NCBI GenBank assembly: GCA_964035545.1 | Contig: OZ037770.1 | Span: 8,500,973 to 8,564,972, forward strand | Direction of reading: 5' to 3' | Source of the DNA: Bugula neritina | Taxonomy: Eukaryota > Animalia > Bryozoa | Length of the DNA: 64,000 bases | Part shown: piece after piece, positions 13,190-26,700 of the stretch | Numbering within the stretch: position 1 is the first letter of the stretch | Layout: each line of letters starts with the position of its first letter | Made by a program: the position numbers and the translations under genes | The notes under the pieces: generated by a model | What the model was told of the DNA's origin: nothing | Seen by the model: the letters and a program-made list of their open reading frames with translations, nothing else | Database searches by the model: none

Positions 13190-14700
13190 AACCTGTAAGA
13201 AAATACCAAATGACGAAGTCTCCAAAATCACTAGTGATGACAAAGCCATGGCTGAACAAATAGAACTCGGAGACAGAATTACTATAACAGCTAAGAAACC
13301 CGCCTTCATCACCATCAAGGACCACAAGGCTAACTACATGACTAACCCCACCTGTCGCCTTATTATTCCTACCAAGCCAGAGATCGGCAGGATGAGTAAA
13401 CAATTATTTGACAGAATTAATTCAGCTCTAAACAGCAAACTTGCTTTAAATCAGTGGAAAAGCACATCTGCAGTCTTCCATTGGTTCACCAATTTGACCA
13501 CCACGAACAGACACTCATTTATCATGTTTGATATTGTGGAATTTTATCCTTCTATATCTTTGAAGCTGCTACCAGATGCTCTGGACTTTGCCAGTTTACA
13601 TACTACAGTCAGCAATTATGAACGGAACATCATATTGCACACACAAAAATCTATATTGGTGCATGCCAACTCATTTTGGGGTAAAAGATCATCAGATAAT
13701 TTGTTTGACGTCACTATAGGCTCACACGATGGTGCTGAAACATGTGAATTAGTCGGCTTACTTTTATTAGGTGCAGTCTCAAAAAAGTTTAAAGCTAATA
13801 TTGGACTATAACGAGATGATGGGCTAGGAGTAACAGATCTCAAACCTCAACTAGCTGAAAGATTGAAAAAGATCTCTGCACATTCTTCCAGTCACACGAT
13901 CTAAAGATCACCATAGATGTTAACATCAAAACAACCAACTATTTAGAAGTCACCCTAAATCTGGTCAAAAAACAACACACACCATACTTTAAGCCCAACA
14001 ACATTCGTCTGTATGTACACAAAGAGTCTAATCACCCCCCTAGCATACTAAACAACATACCAGAATCCATAAACCACAGACTTTGTGATATATCTACTAA
14101 TGAGACCATTTTCAACAATGCCATCCCACAATATCAAAATGCGTTGGCTAAAGGTAGATATAATTATTAGCTCAAATACGGAAACTACACTAACAACACT
14201 AGTATGAGCATTACACCTATACAACAAAAACGAATCATCTGGTACAACCTACCTTGTAGTGGTAATGTAAAGACGAAAATCGGTTCTACATTCCTCAAGC
14301 TAATAAAAGATGTATTCCACAGCAAACACCCACTGCACAAAATATTTAACAAGAACACACTCAAACTCAGCTACAGTTGCTGCCCTAACTTGGAACAAAC
14401 CATTACTGCCCACAACAAAAGTGTTACTAATTGTAACACTGCCCCTACATCACAGGCAGGCTGTAACTGTAGAAATGTAGAGATGTGCCCGCTTTCAGGA
14501 GAATGCACAACCCCAAACATCGTGTACCAGACTAATGTATTCGTTGCATCAAACGATACTGTTGAAACATACTATGAAGCATACCGATTATGCTTCATAG
14601 ATCTTATTTATTTTTAGTCTAACACCTGACGAGTGCAGTTTACTGTACGAAACTATATAGTCGTGTGAGATTTTTTAAATAAAAAAATATATATGTATCA
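13190..14700 (+). mobile_element. Penelope-like retroelement, 5'-truncated and inactivated
   Basis: RT motifs FDIVEFYPSI, IGSHDGAETCELVG and GL*RDDGL (stop at the Y of YRDD). Thumb YVHKESNHPP. Linker IIWYNLP...HKIFNKNTLKLSYSC and CNCR...CPLSGEC...NIVY (start of GIY-YIG, then truncated). Terminal hammerhead followed by (AT)n. Confidence 0.88.
14618..14670 (+). ncRNA. Minimal type I hammerhead ribozyme
   Basis: acac-CTGACGA-gtgcag-ttta-ctgtac-GAAA-ctatatag-TC-gtgt: intact core, stems I and II pair, palindromic short stem III, GUC cleavage triplet (C14662). Confidence 0.88.
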
Positions 14701-14722
14701 TTAACAATCTGAACACACTACA

Positions 14723-14723
14723 T

Positions 14724-14807
<84 letters not shown>

Positions 14808-14903
14808 TATATATATATAGATATAGATATGAAATATATATAGATATATATATATGTAGATATATAGATATATATATGTAGATATATATATATATATATA
14901 TAC
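14723..14903. repeat. (AT)n microsatellite
   Basis: Direct inspection. Immediately downstream of the PLE 3' end. Confidence 0.97.
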
Positions 14904-15219
14904 ATTTTTTAAACATAATAACTGTTATAATACAAATATGTGCTCAGATCTGCATTATACAAGAGAGTGTACATCCTCTACATATCACATAATTATACCA
15001 AATATCAACTTAGAAGTTAACTAGCGTACTGTGATTCTGACTGGCTACCATAACTATATACTCATTCAGTGATTGTTCCAGTTAAAAATATGGCGCTATG
15101 GTTTAGGCATGCAGAAATTTACAAAACTTCATGCTGGTGTGTTATAACATGGTGCCTTGAAAGACATCTTATCACTTCTCAATATTAGAAAACATTATTT
15201 GAGATTGAACATGAAATAC

Positions 15220-16060
15220 AGAGCCAGTCTCCAAACCATCCACACTCGTCTACTAAACAATCGTCAACAGAATCCACTGACTTGCTCAATAACCCTAGAT
15301 CTAAAGGTGTTATATGTCCTAGTCTGGTAACACTAGTCCAACAGCTGCTAACTTTTGAAAGTTCACATAAATTAGCATCAAGTCTAGTCTGAATGTATAT
15401 GCCCTTACTAAAGCAGCTTCTAGCATAGCGCCAAGGTAGAGAGAGAACAGGGTAGTAACTAAGACACAGCCCTGCTTGGCACTATTTTGTACTAGAAACC
15501 TGTCAGATGACACTTGTGCTTGCACTACCTGAGCCTGCATGCCATTATGTAGTGATCGAATCAAATTAACTGTTTTAGACGTGCACCCTAGCTTCTTCAA
15601 TACAAACCAAGGTCCATCTCTTGATACAGTGTCAAAAACCTTTGTAAAATGAATAAATACTTTATACAGAGGCAATTTTGGACTTGGCATTTATTCTGAA
15701 CTTGATGGAGACTGATCCCCTTATCAATAGTACTGTGACCTTCTCAAAAACCGCATTGAGTTTCTGGCAGAACTTCAGCAGCTATGTTTAGACTCAAGCG
15801 ATTCAGCAACATACGGGCCATGATCTTCCCTGCAATTGACAAAAGCAAAATTCTACAATAGTTCCCAGAGTCTTTACGATCTCCCTTTTTTGAAGATTGG
15901 CGTGATGTTGACATCTTTTCAATCTTGTGAAACTTGTTCTTTTCCCAAATGTCTTTAATCAAACAGTGATAGTTTTAACTTCTCACCTCTATATTTCCAC
16001 ACCTGCGTCATGGGGCGAATTGTTGACGACTAAACTGGCACACCATCTTCTACTGGGATA
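15220..16060 (-). mobile_element. Non-LTR retrotransposon RT fragment (RTE-like), degenerate
   Basis: KKGDRKDSGNYCRILLLSIAGKIMARMLLNRL...PETQCGF; FIHFTKVFDTVSR; KQGCVL..TLFSLYL. Confidence 0.8.
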
Positions 16061-16209
16061 AAAAGAAATCGATAAAAATAGATGACAAATTTTCTAAGTT
16101 GGACATCAAAGTCAAGGATATGTCTGTTTTAGAAGAAATATGTTTCTTTGTTGATATGGCGCCAAAGAAATTAAGAGTAGAAAAGAGCCGCAGTTGGAAG
16201 GTCAGTGGA

Positions 16210-16800
16210 ACTACACTAATAACTGCACTACAATACAGTGCTAACTACAATACAGTACTAACTACACTACAATACAGTACTGACTACGCTACAATACAGT
16301 ACCTACTAACTGCACTACAATACAGTGCTAACTACAATACAGTACTAACTACACTACAATACAGTACTGACTACGCTACAATACAGTACCTACTAACTGC
16401 ACTACAATACAGTGCTAACTACAATACAGTACTAACTACACTACAATACAGTACTGACTACGCTACAATACAGTACCTACTAACTACACTACAATACAGT
16501 ACTAACTACAGTACAATACAGTACTAACTACAGTACAATACACTACTAACTACACTACAGTACTAACTACAGTACAATACACTACTAACTACACTACAGT
16601 ATTAACTACACTACAATACATTACTAACTACACTACAATGCAGTACTAACTACAGTACAATACACTACTAACTACACTCCAGTATTAACTACACTACAAT
16701 ACACTACTAACTACAGTACAATACACTACTAACTACACTACAGTATTAACTACACTACAATACACTACTAACTACACTACAATACTAACAGCACTACAAT
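16210..16800. repeat. Minisatellite of ACTAC/AATAC-type ~20-bp units with a higher-order ~84-bp period in its first half
   Basis: Repeated ctaactacactacaatacagta. The peptide TALQYSANYNTVLTTLQYSTDYATIQYLL recurs 3 times in the ORF track. Confidence 0.9.
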
Positions 16801-17790
16801 GCAACCTCTTCTGCGTGTTCCCATTCTAATAACAATGTAATCTCTCTTTATGATGTTTTTAATAGATGTAAAGAAATCTTCAGTCAACTTAGCCTTTGCT
16901 CTAACATCAGATAGTGCATTAGAACCATGCGGTTGTAAAGGTGATGATGAGGTTTATTCCCTTTAGCTACTGTATAGTTGCTACTCAAGATCTTACAGCA
17001 TCATGTGGAGATTCATTACATGTACAAACTTCATTTCTAACTATTCTCTCAGTTTCAAAAATACTTCTATTTAGCAATCACCTTTAGCAGCAGATTAATC
17101 ATTACTGCTACTATTTGTATAGCTATTTATAAATATTATAATAACTTAATTGGTGGCTTGTGATGGCAGCACTCAATACAATCATAATATAATATAATAA
17201 TTATACAATATGTAGATGACTAATTTTATAAATTCGCATTCGAACTATCTTGAGCATGCTCCCCTCCACCCTATGTCTTTGTTATTTAAAGTCATAGGTT
17301 TTTATTGTTTTCACAGTACAGAAATATAGCATTGTAAATATTTTTTTAAAAATAATTTATTTTACAAATATGACCACACAGAAAAAGTACATATTACCAT
17401 TGAAGACATTATGTGCCAGTCTATGTGATCAGTATTGGTAACTCTGCTTGTTTTGATCTGTGTGCAAATAAAATACAGATATTTGGAATTTTTTATATTT
17501 ATCTTTTTACTTTTTAAAAAAATTGTGTTTTGAGTGCTATTAGTGAATTTTCTCAACTATTCTACTTCTATATAAAAATAAGGTATAATATTCAATGCAC
17601 TATAAAACTAAATTAAATGCTGGGATAGGCTTAAACTGTAAAATAACAGTAGCTACTCCTATAAGTTTTGTAGTAACTTGACAATGACTTGGCCACATTG
17701 TCTTTGCCACATTGTCTTTGCCATCTCATACCGTATGTCTAAATTTGTGTATTTTGCTAGTTGATTTATTCGATGTTTGAAAATGTTTCC

Positions 17791-20700
17791 TTACAATTCC
17801 TCATGAAGCGGATCCTCTAGAGCTAAATAGACTTTATTATCAAGACTTTTGCAACCATCTTCATAATATTCTTTGCCATTTATCTCTGTTGACTTTCTAC
17901 CTGACAGCATATCATTAACATAGGTTTCAATTTTTGAACCTTGTTTGTCGCTGGAGTAGCCTGCTTTAAGTAAACTGTCGTAAGCACAGTCTCGAACATG
18001 TTCTCTCTCTAACGGTAGAAATGGTACGTAGGCACTAATTAGTGCTGATTTCATTATAGAAGAACCTTTAAAACCACCTGAAAAAAAAAGAAATATTTAT
18101 TTGGTAGTATGAAAATAGACCATATAAAACTCAGCCAATCAAAGAGTTGTAACACTTGAATACCTCACCATTACAGCTTATATAAAATTCTGCTAGTTCA
18201 AGTACAAAAGACATGCTTTCTAAAAAATACTTGTACAACTTTTGCTTTGTGCGTTATTTGATTTCATATCTCAAGTGTAGAACAATGAGTTCATTTTTTT
18301 AAATTTCTAAATTTAAAGGCATGAAAATTGAAATTAAAAATTACATGTTTGAAAATGTTTTTTGAAAAATCGGTAATACTACTCCAGCCATTGCTGGAAT
18401 AAAAGCCTGGCCTCACAAGAAAATTTGGGGGAACTCAAACGAAATCGTCTTCGTTGGGTGCACAAAGCGATGACGATGGACGAAAAATCACAATCAATGA
18501 TAAGCACCATTTGATTGGTCAATAGAATTTTAGCAACAGTACTTATTTCATTTCTACCACGTTTCTTTATTTGGCAATTTTCTGCTGTTTTTATCTTGTG
18601 CAAGACTCATTCACAGACTATGTATTATATGTTTCGTCCTACGAGTGTGTGGCTGGTCATAACGAAAATCGTCACTAATTGATTTCGTGTGATTCTCACG
18701 ATTGCGAGGCCAGGCCTTTACACACAATACATTTTGCTTTGTTATTATGACATTAGTGAGTTAAGATAGCAGTTGGGTGATGATGTAACACTAAAAAACT
18801 TGGTGGGCTACACAACTCAATAGGTCTGTTAAGTAATACACACACCTATTTACAGTTAGGAAAAATACTATCTGTGACAGCCGATAATGGTTACTGTATC
18901 AGCTGATGATTGTTGCTGCGTCAGCACGGATGCTGTTTGGCACGGATGCCTATGTATTGTGATTCACTTAATGAAGGGTGAATGAATGGATGACACAGAT
19001 GCAGGCCACAAGTCAATTTTTGTTTATTGCCAACAGTATATTTTCTAAGTTAGACTTCATTCATACTCATACTCATACTCGTACTTTACTTTACTTGTAC
19101 TTGTACTTGTACTTGTACTTGTACTTGTACTTGTACTTGTACTTGTACTTGTACTTGTACTTGTACTTGTACTTGTACTTGTACTTGTACTTGTACTTGT
19201 ACTTGTACTTGTACTTGTACTTGTACTTTACTTTACTGTAACAATTATTTTGACAATTAAGTATAGATTGCCTGCATCTTTAGCAGGAGGAAAACTGAGC
19301 CACACTGACTCATCGACCAAAAACTGTCAGTAAAAAGCTATCACGAAAGCTTTCACAAATAGCTTTCGTTACACAATGATTTTTGGAAAGCTACCAAAAA
19401 GCCACTGCAACACTATCTAGCTATTATTAGGAGCTATTAGTTTGAATTATAAATGAAAGATTTTAGGTTTTGTTTTCAACTATGAGAATTTATATAAAAA
19501 TGTTTATGAAGGTACGCTATAATCATTTGAGTCACAAGCTAATACATTTTCAGGTGTGAACATTTAAGTTGCAACTTCGAACCATCTAAATTTAGAAATA
19601 CTAAAAAACGAATTCTATGCTCTGCATTTAAAATATGAAATTAAATTGCATACATAACAAAAGTTGCACAAGTATTTTTTAAAGCATGTCTTTTGCATTT
19701 GAGCTTGCAGAATTTTACATGAGTTAAAATGATGAGATATCTAAGTGGTGCAATCTGATGATTGACTAAGTTTTACATGGTCTAGGGGTAATATGATTAG
19801 CGGTGGTATAAACATTGTTATTGTAAGTATATTAGTAGTAAAATGTAGTAATAGTATATATTATATAGGTAGTATAAATAGGGGTAGTATGAGTAGTGTA
19901 AGAATAAATATTGGTAGTATAAATAGTGATAGTGCTTTTATATAAAAATTTTTATAATTGCAACATTAAACAAAAATACTTTATTTTATCAGAATAAAAG
20001 AATCAAAGAACGGCAAAGCAGCTACCTTCATTTTTTCCTTCCAGAGCTTTCAAATCTTCCTCAAAGTGTGACAGTAATAGATTTGTTCGAGGGAGGTTGG
20101 ATTCGGCCCATGTATATTTTATTCGCTCACCACCACCATTGCTGCTTGCACAAATGAGTATAATAGGAATAATATAGTTCTTTGTGCAGGATATGTTATA
20201 GTCAGTCAGCTATTGTAAAAGGGAGTAACCAAGTTTATTTAGTTGAATACCAGAAAAGGCTGAAGCCGTGTTTTTGCTTCCACAACCTATCAATTTCAAG
20301 CTTGTAACATAGATGAAACACTTATTTAATTATTAATATTGCACACAAAAAGTAGTAAATTAGTAAACTAGCAACTAACAACAACTGTTAATACCAAACA
20401 ACAAACAATATTGAAATCAAAGTTTCAGTCAAATTAAAATTACAACAAATACAAAGCACAAAAGATTGCTTCTGTGGCTTGTCTGGCATATCCTATTTGC
20501 CAAAGAAATATGCAGACATAGGCTAGTGTGAGACTAAAATAGCATTTGAATAATATACAGAATGTAAAACAGCGAAATGCATCTACACATGCATATTTTG
20601 CATCATCTCATATTTTACATTATCTCAAGTAAATATATAAAATATTTGTTTTTGGTTTAGCATGTACAAGCCTTTGGGAATTTCTCCACTCTAAACATAC

Positions 20701-23700
20701 CTTAAGAAAAAGAATATAGACTTGCTATAGTCTACTCCATCTTTTCGGACACCACTTGAATCCAAGAAAGATCTTAAAACATTGAGCAGCCCATCAGGCA
20801 TCAAATGAACTTCATTGAATACAAACATCTGATAGGGACACTCAGTGACATTAGTAGTTATCCACTCTTTAATCTGCTCCTATAAAAATATACATAATAT
20901 TTATTCTGCCCTAGCGTATTATGCATGATTGACTAACTGCGCTGAAGCCGTCATCTCTTTAAAATGTCATTTTGAAAGGTCACATGCACTTTGCAAGCCG
21001 AAAAAAACGACCAAGTTGATGATGGATGTTCAAATTTTGGTTAACTTTTAAACAGCTTATTGCAAATAGGGGAAGGTTGAATTTAGATTATTTAGAACAA
21101 CGAAAAATCTATTTTAATGTCGGTGCAATAATAGTTTTGCCTAAGTCGTTTAATAATTTTACTTTCTTTTACTAAACTATTACCATTTAGGCTGACTTAA
21201 ATCGTTTTATTGTAATAGATTTTGGGGTTATTTTTCTTTATGTATATATTTTTAGAATGCTTTTATTGTTATTTATAATTGATTTGGAGTTATTTTTCTT
21301 TTAAATATATATATCTTCAGAATATTTTACCTTTTCTGATGTGAATCAGATTTCGGCTGAGGTTTAGGCACCCCGAACCTTGAGGTGTCAGATTTGGAGG
21401 CCCTAAAGTTTAGGGTGTCATATTCAGCCCAAAGCTTGAATGAAATGTTCTCAAATCGGGGTGCCCAGGTTTTAGGTTATAAAAGGGCGAGCTCGCCAGC
21501 ATAAATTTATTCAACTGTTGGAGCTCGGAGAAAACACTGCCTACATACAGACGATTATGCTTTTTTTTTGGAAGCATACTAATGAAGATACTTTACACCT
21601 GGAATTGCCTGCTTTTTTTCCAAAAATTTATGTTCATTGGCTAATATTCTACATACCCACTATTTATCACTTTATTACATTGCCTGTAAAGTCAAAGAGA
21701 CTTCTAAGATATTTTTATATATAAACTCACAATTGTAAGATGCTTTGTTTTGAATGGGGAAAAATCAAGATCTAGTAATGTTTTACTATAAACAGATTTT
21801 CTTTATGTAAATGCTAAGTTTTGTCTGTTGGAGTATGTTTTAGAATATTCTCAAATTTTGACAGTGTCAGAATTCTAGAGTATAAAAGAAGCCGAGTTTC
21901 CAGTGTTGAATCAGTCTACAGCTAGAGCTCGCCAGATACAGACCTACTTTGAATATTGCTACCTACAATAAAAATACTCTTACACATACAAGACACTCTC
22001 TCTGCTTTTTTATTATTACAAGGAGTTGTGTTCTCTACTTAATTATTAAAAGTCAACCAAATTACTTCACTAGTGGCAGCAGTGGGATTTTGGAATAATT
22101 AGGTAGCCTTAGATAGAGAGGCAGGAAGGTAGGATGGCCAGTGCAGGGGAAGCACGGTCAAAAGAAGAAGCCGTCTGAATGGAAATGTTGGTTAGGACTC
22201 TCTGAAAAGTAGAAGGGACTAGACAGGCGCCATCTGGAGACAGGTATCGCCTCAAGCCCCCCAACTTTTGGAAAGGATGGAGACGTCGAGCAGTTCATCC
22301 GGGAGTTTGGGGATGTAGCTACCATCGCTGAATGGTCGGCACCGGTGCGACTTCTCAAACTCCGAACCTGCTTAACAGATCAGGCCAACTGTTTTGGGGA
22401 AGGTAGGTGTCTTTAAATGCCCAAAGCCAACAGTAACGTCCGCCAACTGTTGGCCCAAGGTCAACCTTATCTAGATGAAGGTCCAGACAAAGCCTAGGAG
22501 GACCACCATAGAACCCATCGACACTGAGTAGCAGGCACCTCGGAGATTTCAAAGGTAGAGAGGCTTACCTGAGCCTCCTGCCTGGTCACTCGGCATCTGG
22601 ATGGAGTCTCTTGACTCAGGGTGGCAGCCAACCTGAATATTTCAGATACCGCAAAGTCTACCTGAAGCTTCTGTCTGGCCACTCAGCAACCTGATTACCC
22701 AATGAAGTTGTGGAGGGGGAATCAGCTTACTGGCAAGAGTTTCCCAAACTACTCTCCAAGCTTTGAAAAACCCCAATGTTGTGAAGACAAAGAAGAGGGT
22801 CACCTTGAGGGCCCAAGAAGTGTCTTCCCCTGAGACAGACCGCTCCAGGAGCAATCAGCTGTATGGAAGCAGCTACTTCATACCTGGAAAGATTGCAAGT
22901 AAAGGCTTGGCCACACACTTGTGAGAGTCACACAAAATCATCTATTTGACATGAAAACACAAATGTACGATCAAATTTGAGGAAATTCATACGGTATAAA
23001 GTTCGCTGTGTGCATCCACTGAAGACAATGGACAAAAAATCAAAATTAACGAGAAGCGTTATTTGATCGGTTGATAGAATTTTAGCAACAGTGATTATTT
23101 CATTTCTACCATGTTTCTGTGTCTGGCAATTTTCTGCTGTTTGTATCTCGTGAAAAACCTATTCACTAACTATTTATTATGTTTCTCCTCCGACAAGCAT
23201 GTGGCTGGTCATAATGAAAGGATAACTTATGAAAATATTCACATGAAACTTTTCTGATTCTCATGAGTGTGTGGCTAGGCCTTAAAACTGCCACTTTTCT
23301 GCTGAAGACTGGGTGTACTACAAACCTGTTGAGTCGCCGTTTCTTCGACACTTTTGATACGCGGGAGCAGGTGAGCCTCGAGCCGTATGAAGGTGCGTAT
23401 GGTACGCTGGCGGACGAACTGTGCATTCTTTACTATGTCATTATTGCACTACCTGGACAAGTCCATGATCAGGTGGTCCCTGAGACTTTCATTGTCAGCC
23501 ACCTGAAGGAAGTTGCCATCCTGGGCATGTCATTCCTAGAGAAACAACAGTGCCACATGGATTTCTAGAAGTCGGCGGTGGTGATGGCTGGAAAGGAAGT
23601 TGTCTGTGTCCACAAGTTTGGCAGGCCCTTGGTTGTACAAGACTGCACGGTACCAGGACAGTCTCAGGCTACCCTACGCTGCAGGTTTAACTGCAGAAGG

Positions 23701-26700
23701 ATCGCAGAACTAGAAGTGGTAGAAAGGATGCATGGGAAGATCTAACTGGCAAACAGTCTGAATCGGCTAGACTGTCAGGGGGAACTTCTCGCGCAACGCA
23801 TCAACCTTTTCACGAAGCCCATTAAGCTGCTGGCTGGTGCGTTAGTGGGAAAGTACCACTCCATTCAAGAAGAAGTGAGACCGGCACTGAAGACAGTGGC
23901 CGAAGCTTGCTGCTCTCACTAGTAATAGCAAAGGAGAGTTCTGGCTCACTGTCAAACCCAGGTGTGCAAGCCTATATGCACAGGAGAAACAAGTTCAAGT
24001 AAAATAATGTATTACCATTTAATAATAAGCAGGCATGGCAAGCTTTCTACTAGCCCAAGTAAGCATGGCAAGCATGCTTATGTTAGTAGTAAGCTCAGCC
24101 AAATGGTAATTATGGAGCGGGCATGGCATGTCTGCCTGTAGCACTATAGTTGAAACCTGAATGACTTTTCCTTAAATAACAGACTGCACGACAAAGTAAA
24201 ACCATCAACGGCATCAGTTAAGAACTTATTACTAATTCTAGGAGAAAACGGTCAACTCTTATAGGTCAGAACACATTGTACCTAATTGTAAATCTGGACA
24301 GCACACCATCTAAATACAATAGTTAAACTGTAACGGTTTTTAATAAAACCACCTCGAAAGCATACAAAGTGTATATGCCTGAAAATATTTTCAGCAGTTG
24401 GTCACTAAAAACACAACTGTTTATGGCAAACTGCAAATGCAGAAGACAGTAAATACGTATCTAACGCTATTTACATGGCTTAGCTTTTATGTGTCAAGAT
24501 TGGCATAGAAAAACAATTGCTCAATAAACTATGGACATTTTGTTTCTGTCAGACTGATGAAATTAATATTCTGTCTGATGTAACCAAAACAAATGCTTCA
24601 GTGTTTGCAGAGACATTAGTTTCAAATTGTATTTTAATTTGAATGCCTGCAATACCCTAGTTTCACCTTTCATTTCACTTCCTTATACTGTATCTATAAG
24701 GAATAATGGAAAAATACTTTCATAATCAGAAGGGTTAATTCTGGAAATTTTAACGAATTCATCTGTAGGTTATTGTAGTATTTGGCTGTGAACGTAGCTG
24801 CATTGCTGTATAATCTGCTGTGTTGCATTTTAGTAAAAGAGGCATTGTAATCAACGGCCAGATGTTATATAGTGTTGAACATACCGTGAATATTTTTTAC
24901 TCCGATATGATCAAAAAGCGCAAAGTTACGTTTTTGATTTTCTTCTTTTTCGTCAGTGCAACTTTTTTGTACGAGTAAGTTTTTTTGCCAAGCTGTAGAC
25001 AAAACACTGCACAATTTTTACTAATTTTCCTGAAAAATTAATTTTACAGCACCAGTGAAATATCTCCGCAGAAAAATATGATACCTGAACAACAAAAGCA
25101 TTGTTTGAATTTTGAGAAATTTCTTGAATGGAATTTCTTTTTATTCTTTCAATAACTTTTATAGATTTTCTATAAATCAGTAATTTATACATTGAAAATG
25201 CTTTAGTTTTTCCTTAGCAGTCACCATTGCGCTGTCTGCAGACAATATTGTTGCTGAATTGCAAAGTGCTGTTGCTGAGCAAGGGCCACGCTACAAGCTC
25301 CTTGTAGAAAATTCCATGGTTCTTTGATCAGCAGTCGTGGAGCAATTTGCTTATGTTTTGGACAGCAATGAAATTGCAGAAAGAAACCACGTAACAACCA
25401 AAAGTATATTGCAGAATAGGGAGAGACATTCCTGAAAAGACAACGTTTTAGTATAATGTTACACTTTGTAAAGATGTTGATGATGGTTCTGTTCCTTCAA
25501 ATATCTTATTCCAAAGCAATGTCAAAACTCGGGAGCTTGACCCAAAAAGCCAAAGTAATTTCGTGGTTAGTGATCACGTTTGGGTAAAACTGTTTCCAGC
25601 TTCTTTTATAAAACAGTGGGTGCTTGGGAAGCTTACTGGTGTCACCTCCAAACACACAGTCTGTATAAATTTATACCTGTGACAAGTGTGAGACATGGGA
25701 AAACGTCGTTATGGGAGAAGCTGAGAGCGCAACGGGTGTCGACCTGAACCTCTTCATCATAACCCAATGGGCAGGGGCAATCATGGATCAGGTATCACGT
25801 CGGCTCAACTTCCAGAAGATGTTCCAGGTTGGGGGCAACGGCAATGAGGCTCTACAACTCGATCAAGTACCTGGTGTGGCTGGTACTGAGCAGCCATAGG
25901 TTGTTGGCACATAACTGGTGAGTACTGGAGAACACTGCGCAGTAGACAACCTTGATTTGGCTGCAGAGCAGCCAACAGTTTGGCTAAAACCGCTGCAACG
26001 ACTACAGTGACAGCTGGCTTATCTTGTGGACTATGGTTGTAGTTGTGCAGGGTCTGTTAGAGTTTAGTAAAAAGCTGGGTGAGATGTGGATTGTTTTCTT
26101 AAAGAGCAGATGGAAATCATTTGGGCTTTTCCGGTTGAGTGGCCATGTTGCATGCTCATGTTTCTTTTTGAATCCTGATTGCAACAGCGACAAACGCAGG
26201 AATTGAACTAACAATTATTCTTGGTTTTTATTAGTTTTTATCAGTTATTATTCATTTACTTCATTAGTTAATATTCATTTAATTTTTACTAGTATTACTC
26301 ATACAATAGTTGCCTACCAGTAAAAAGGTACTGCAGGTAAGGGGATATGGGTTGAAGCCATTAGGTTCTGCTTGGCAGTTTGATAAGTCAAAGCGCGTTA
26401 GTTTTTGTGGAACAAAGCATGACAAAGGTAGCAGTTTGGAGTTTCACTCTACAGAATTACAGTGCATTTTCTATTTGTAGAGATGTGCAGTTTTGCTGTA
26501 AAATGTAATTAATTGGTCTAACTTATGCTAACCAATCAAATGCATTCTTTTACTGATTAATTCAATTTGCTGAAGGCAATTTTTCCCTGGTAAATAACCT
26601 AGTTCTATTTTAATAATCTGTTTTGCAACTATAAATGCAGCCACGTTCTCTGTTATGATTCTGTTTATACTACCGCCTTGTACAATACACATTTCTCTAT

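Larger units (their letters stand above)
18117..19784. mobile_element. Non-autonomous DNA transposon with ~200-bp imperfect TIRs, in torsin C intron 4
   Basis: tagaccatataaaactcagccaatca...aaaagacatgcttt...aaaaaatacttgtacaacttttg is inverted-complementary to caaaagttgcacaagtatttttt...aaagcatgtcttttg...tgattgactaagttttacatggtcta. Confidence 0.7.

Noticed and set aside
16099-16527. 142-aa repeat protein ORF (also 59614-60057)
   Set aside because: Derived from minisatellites; no splice or domain support.
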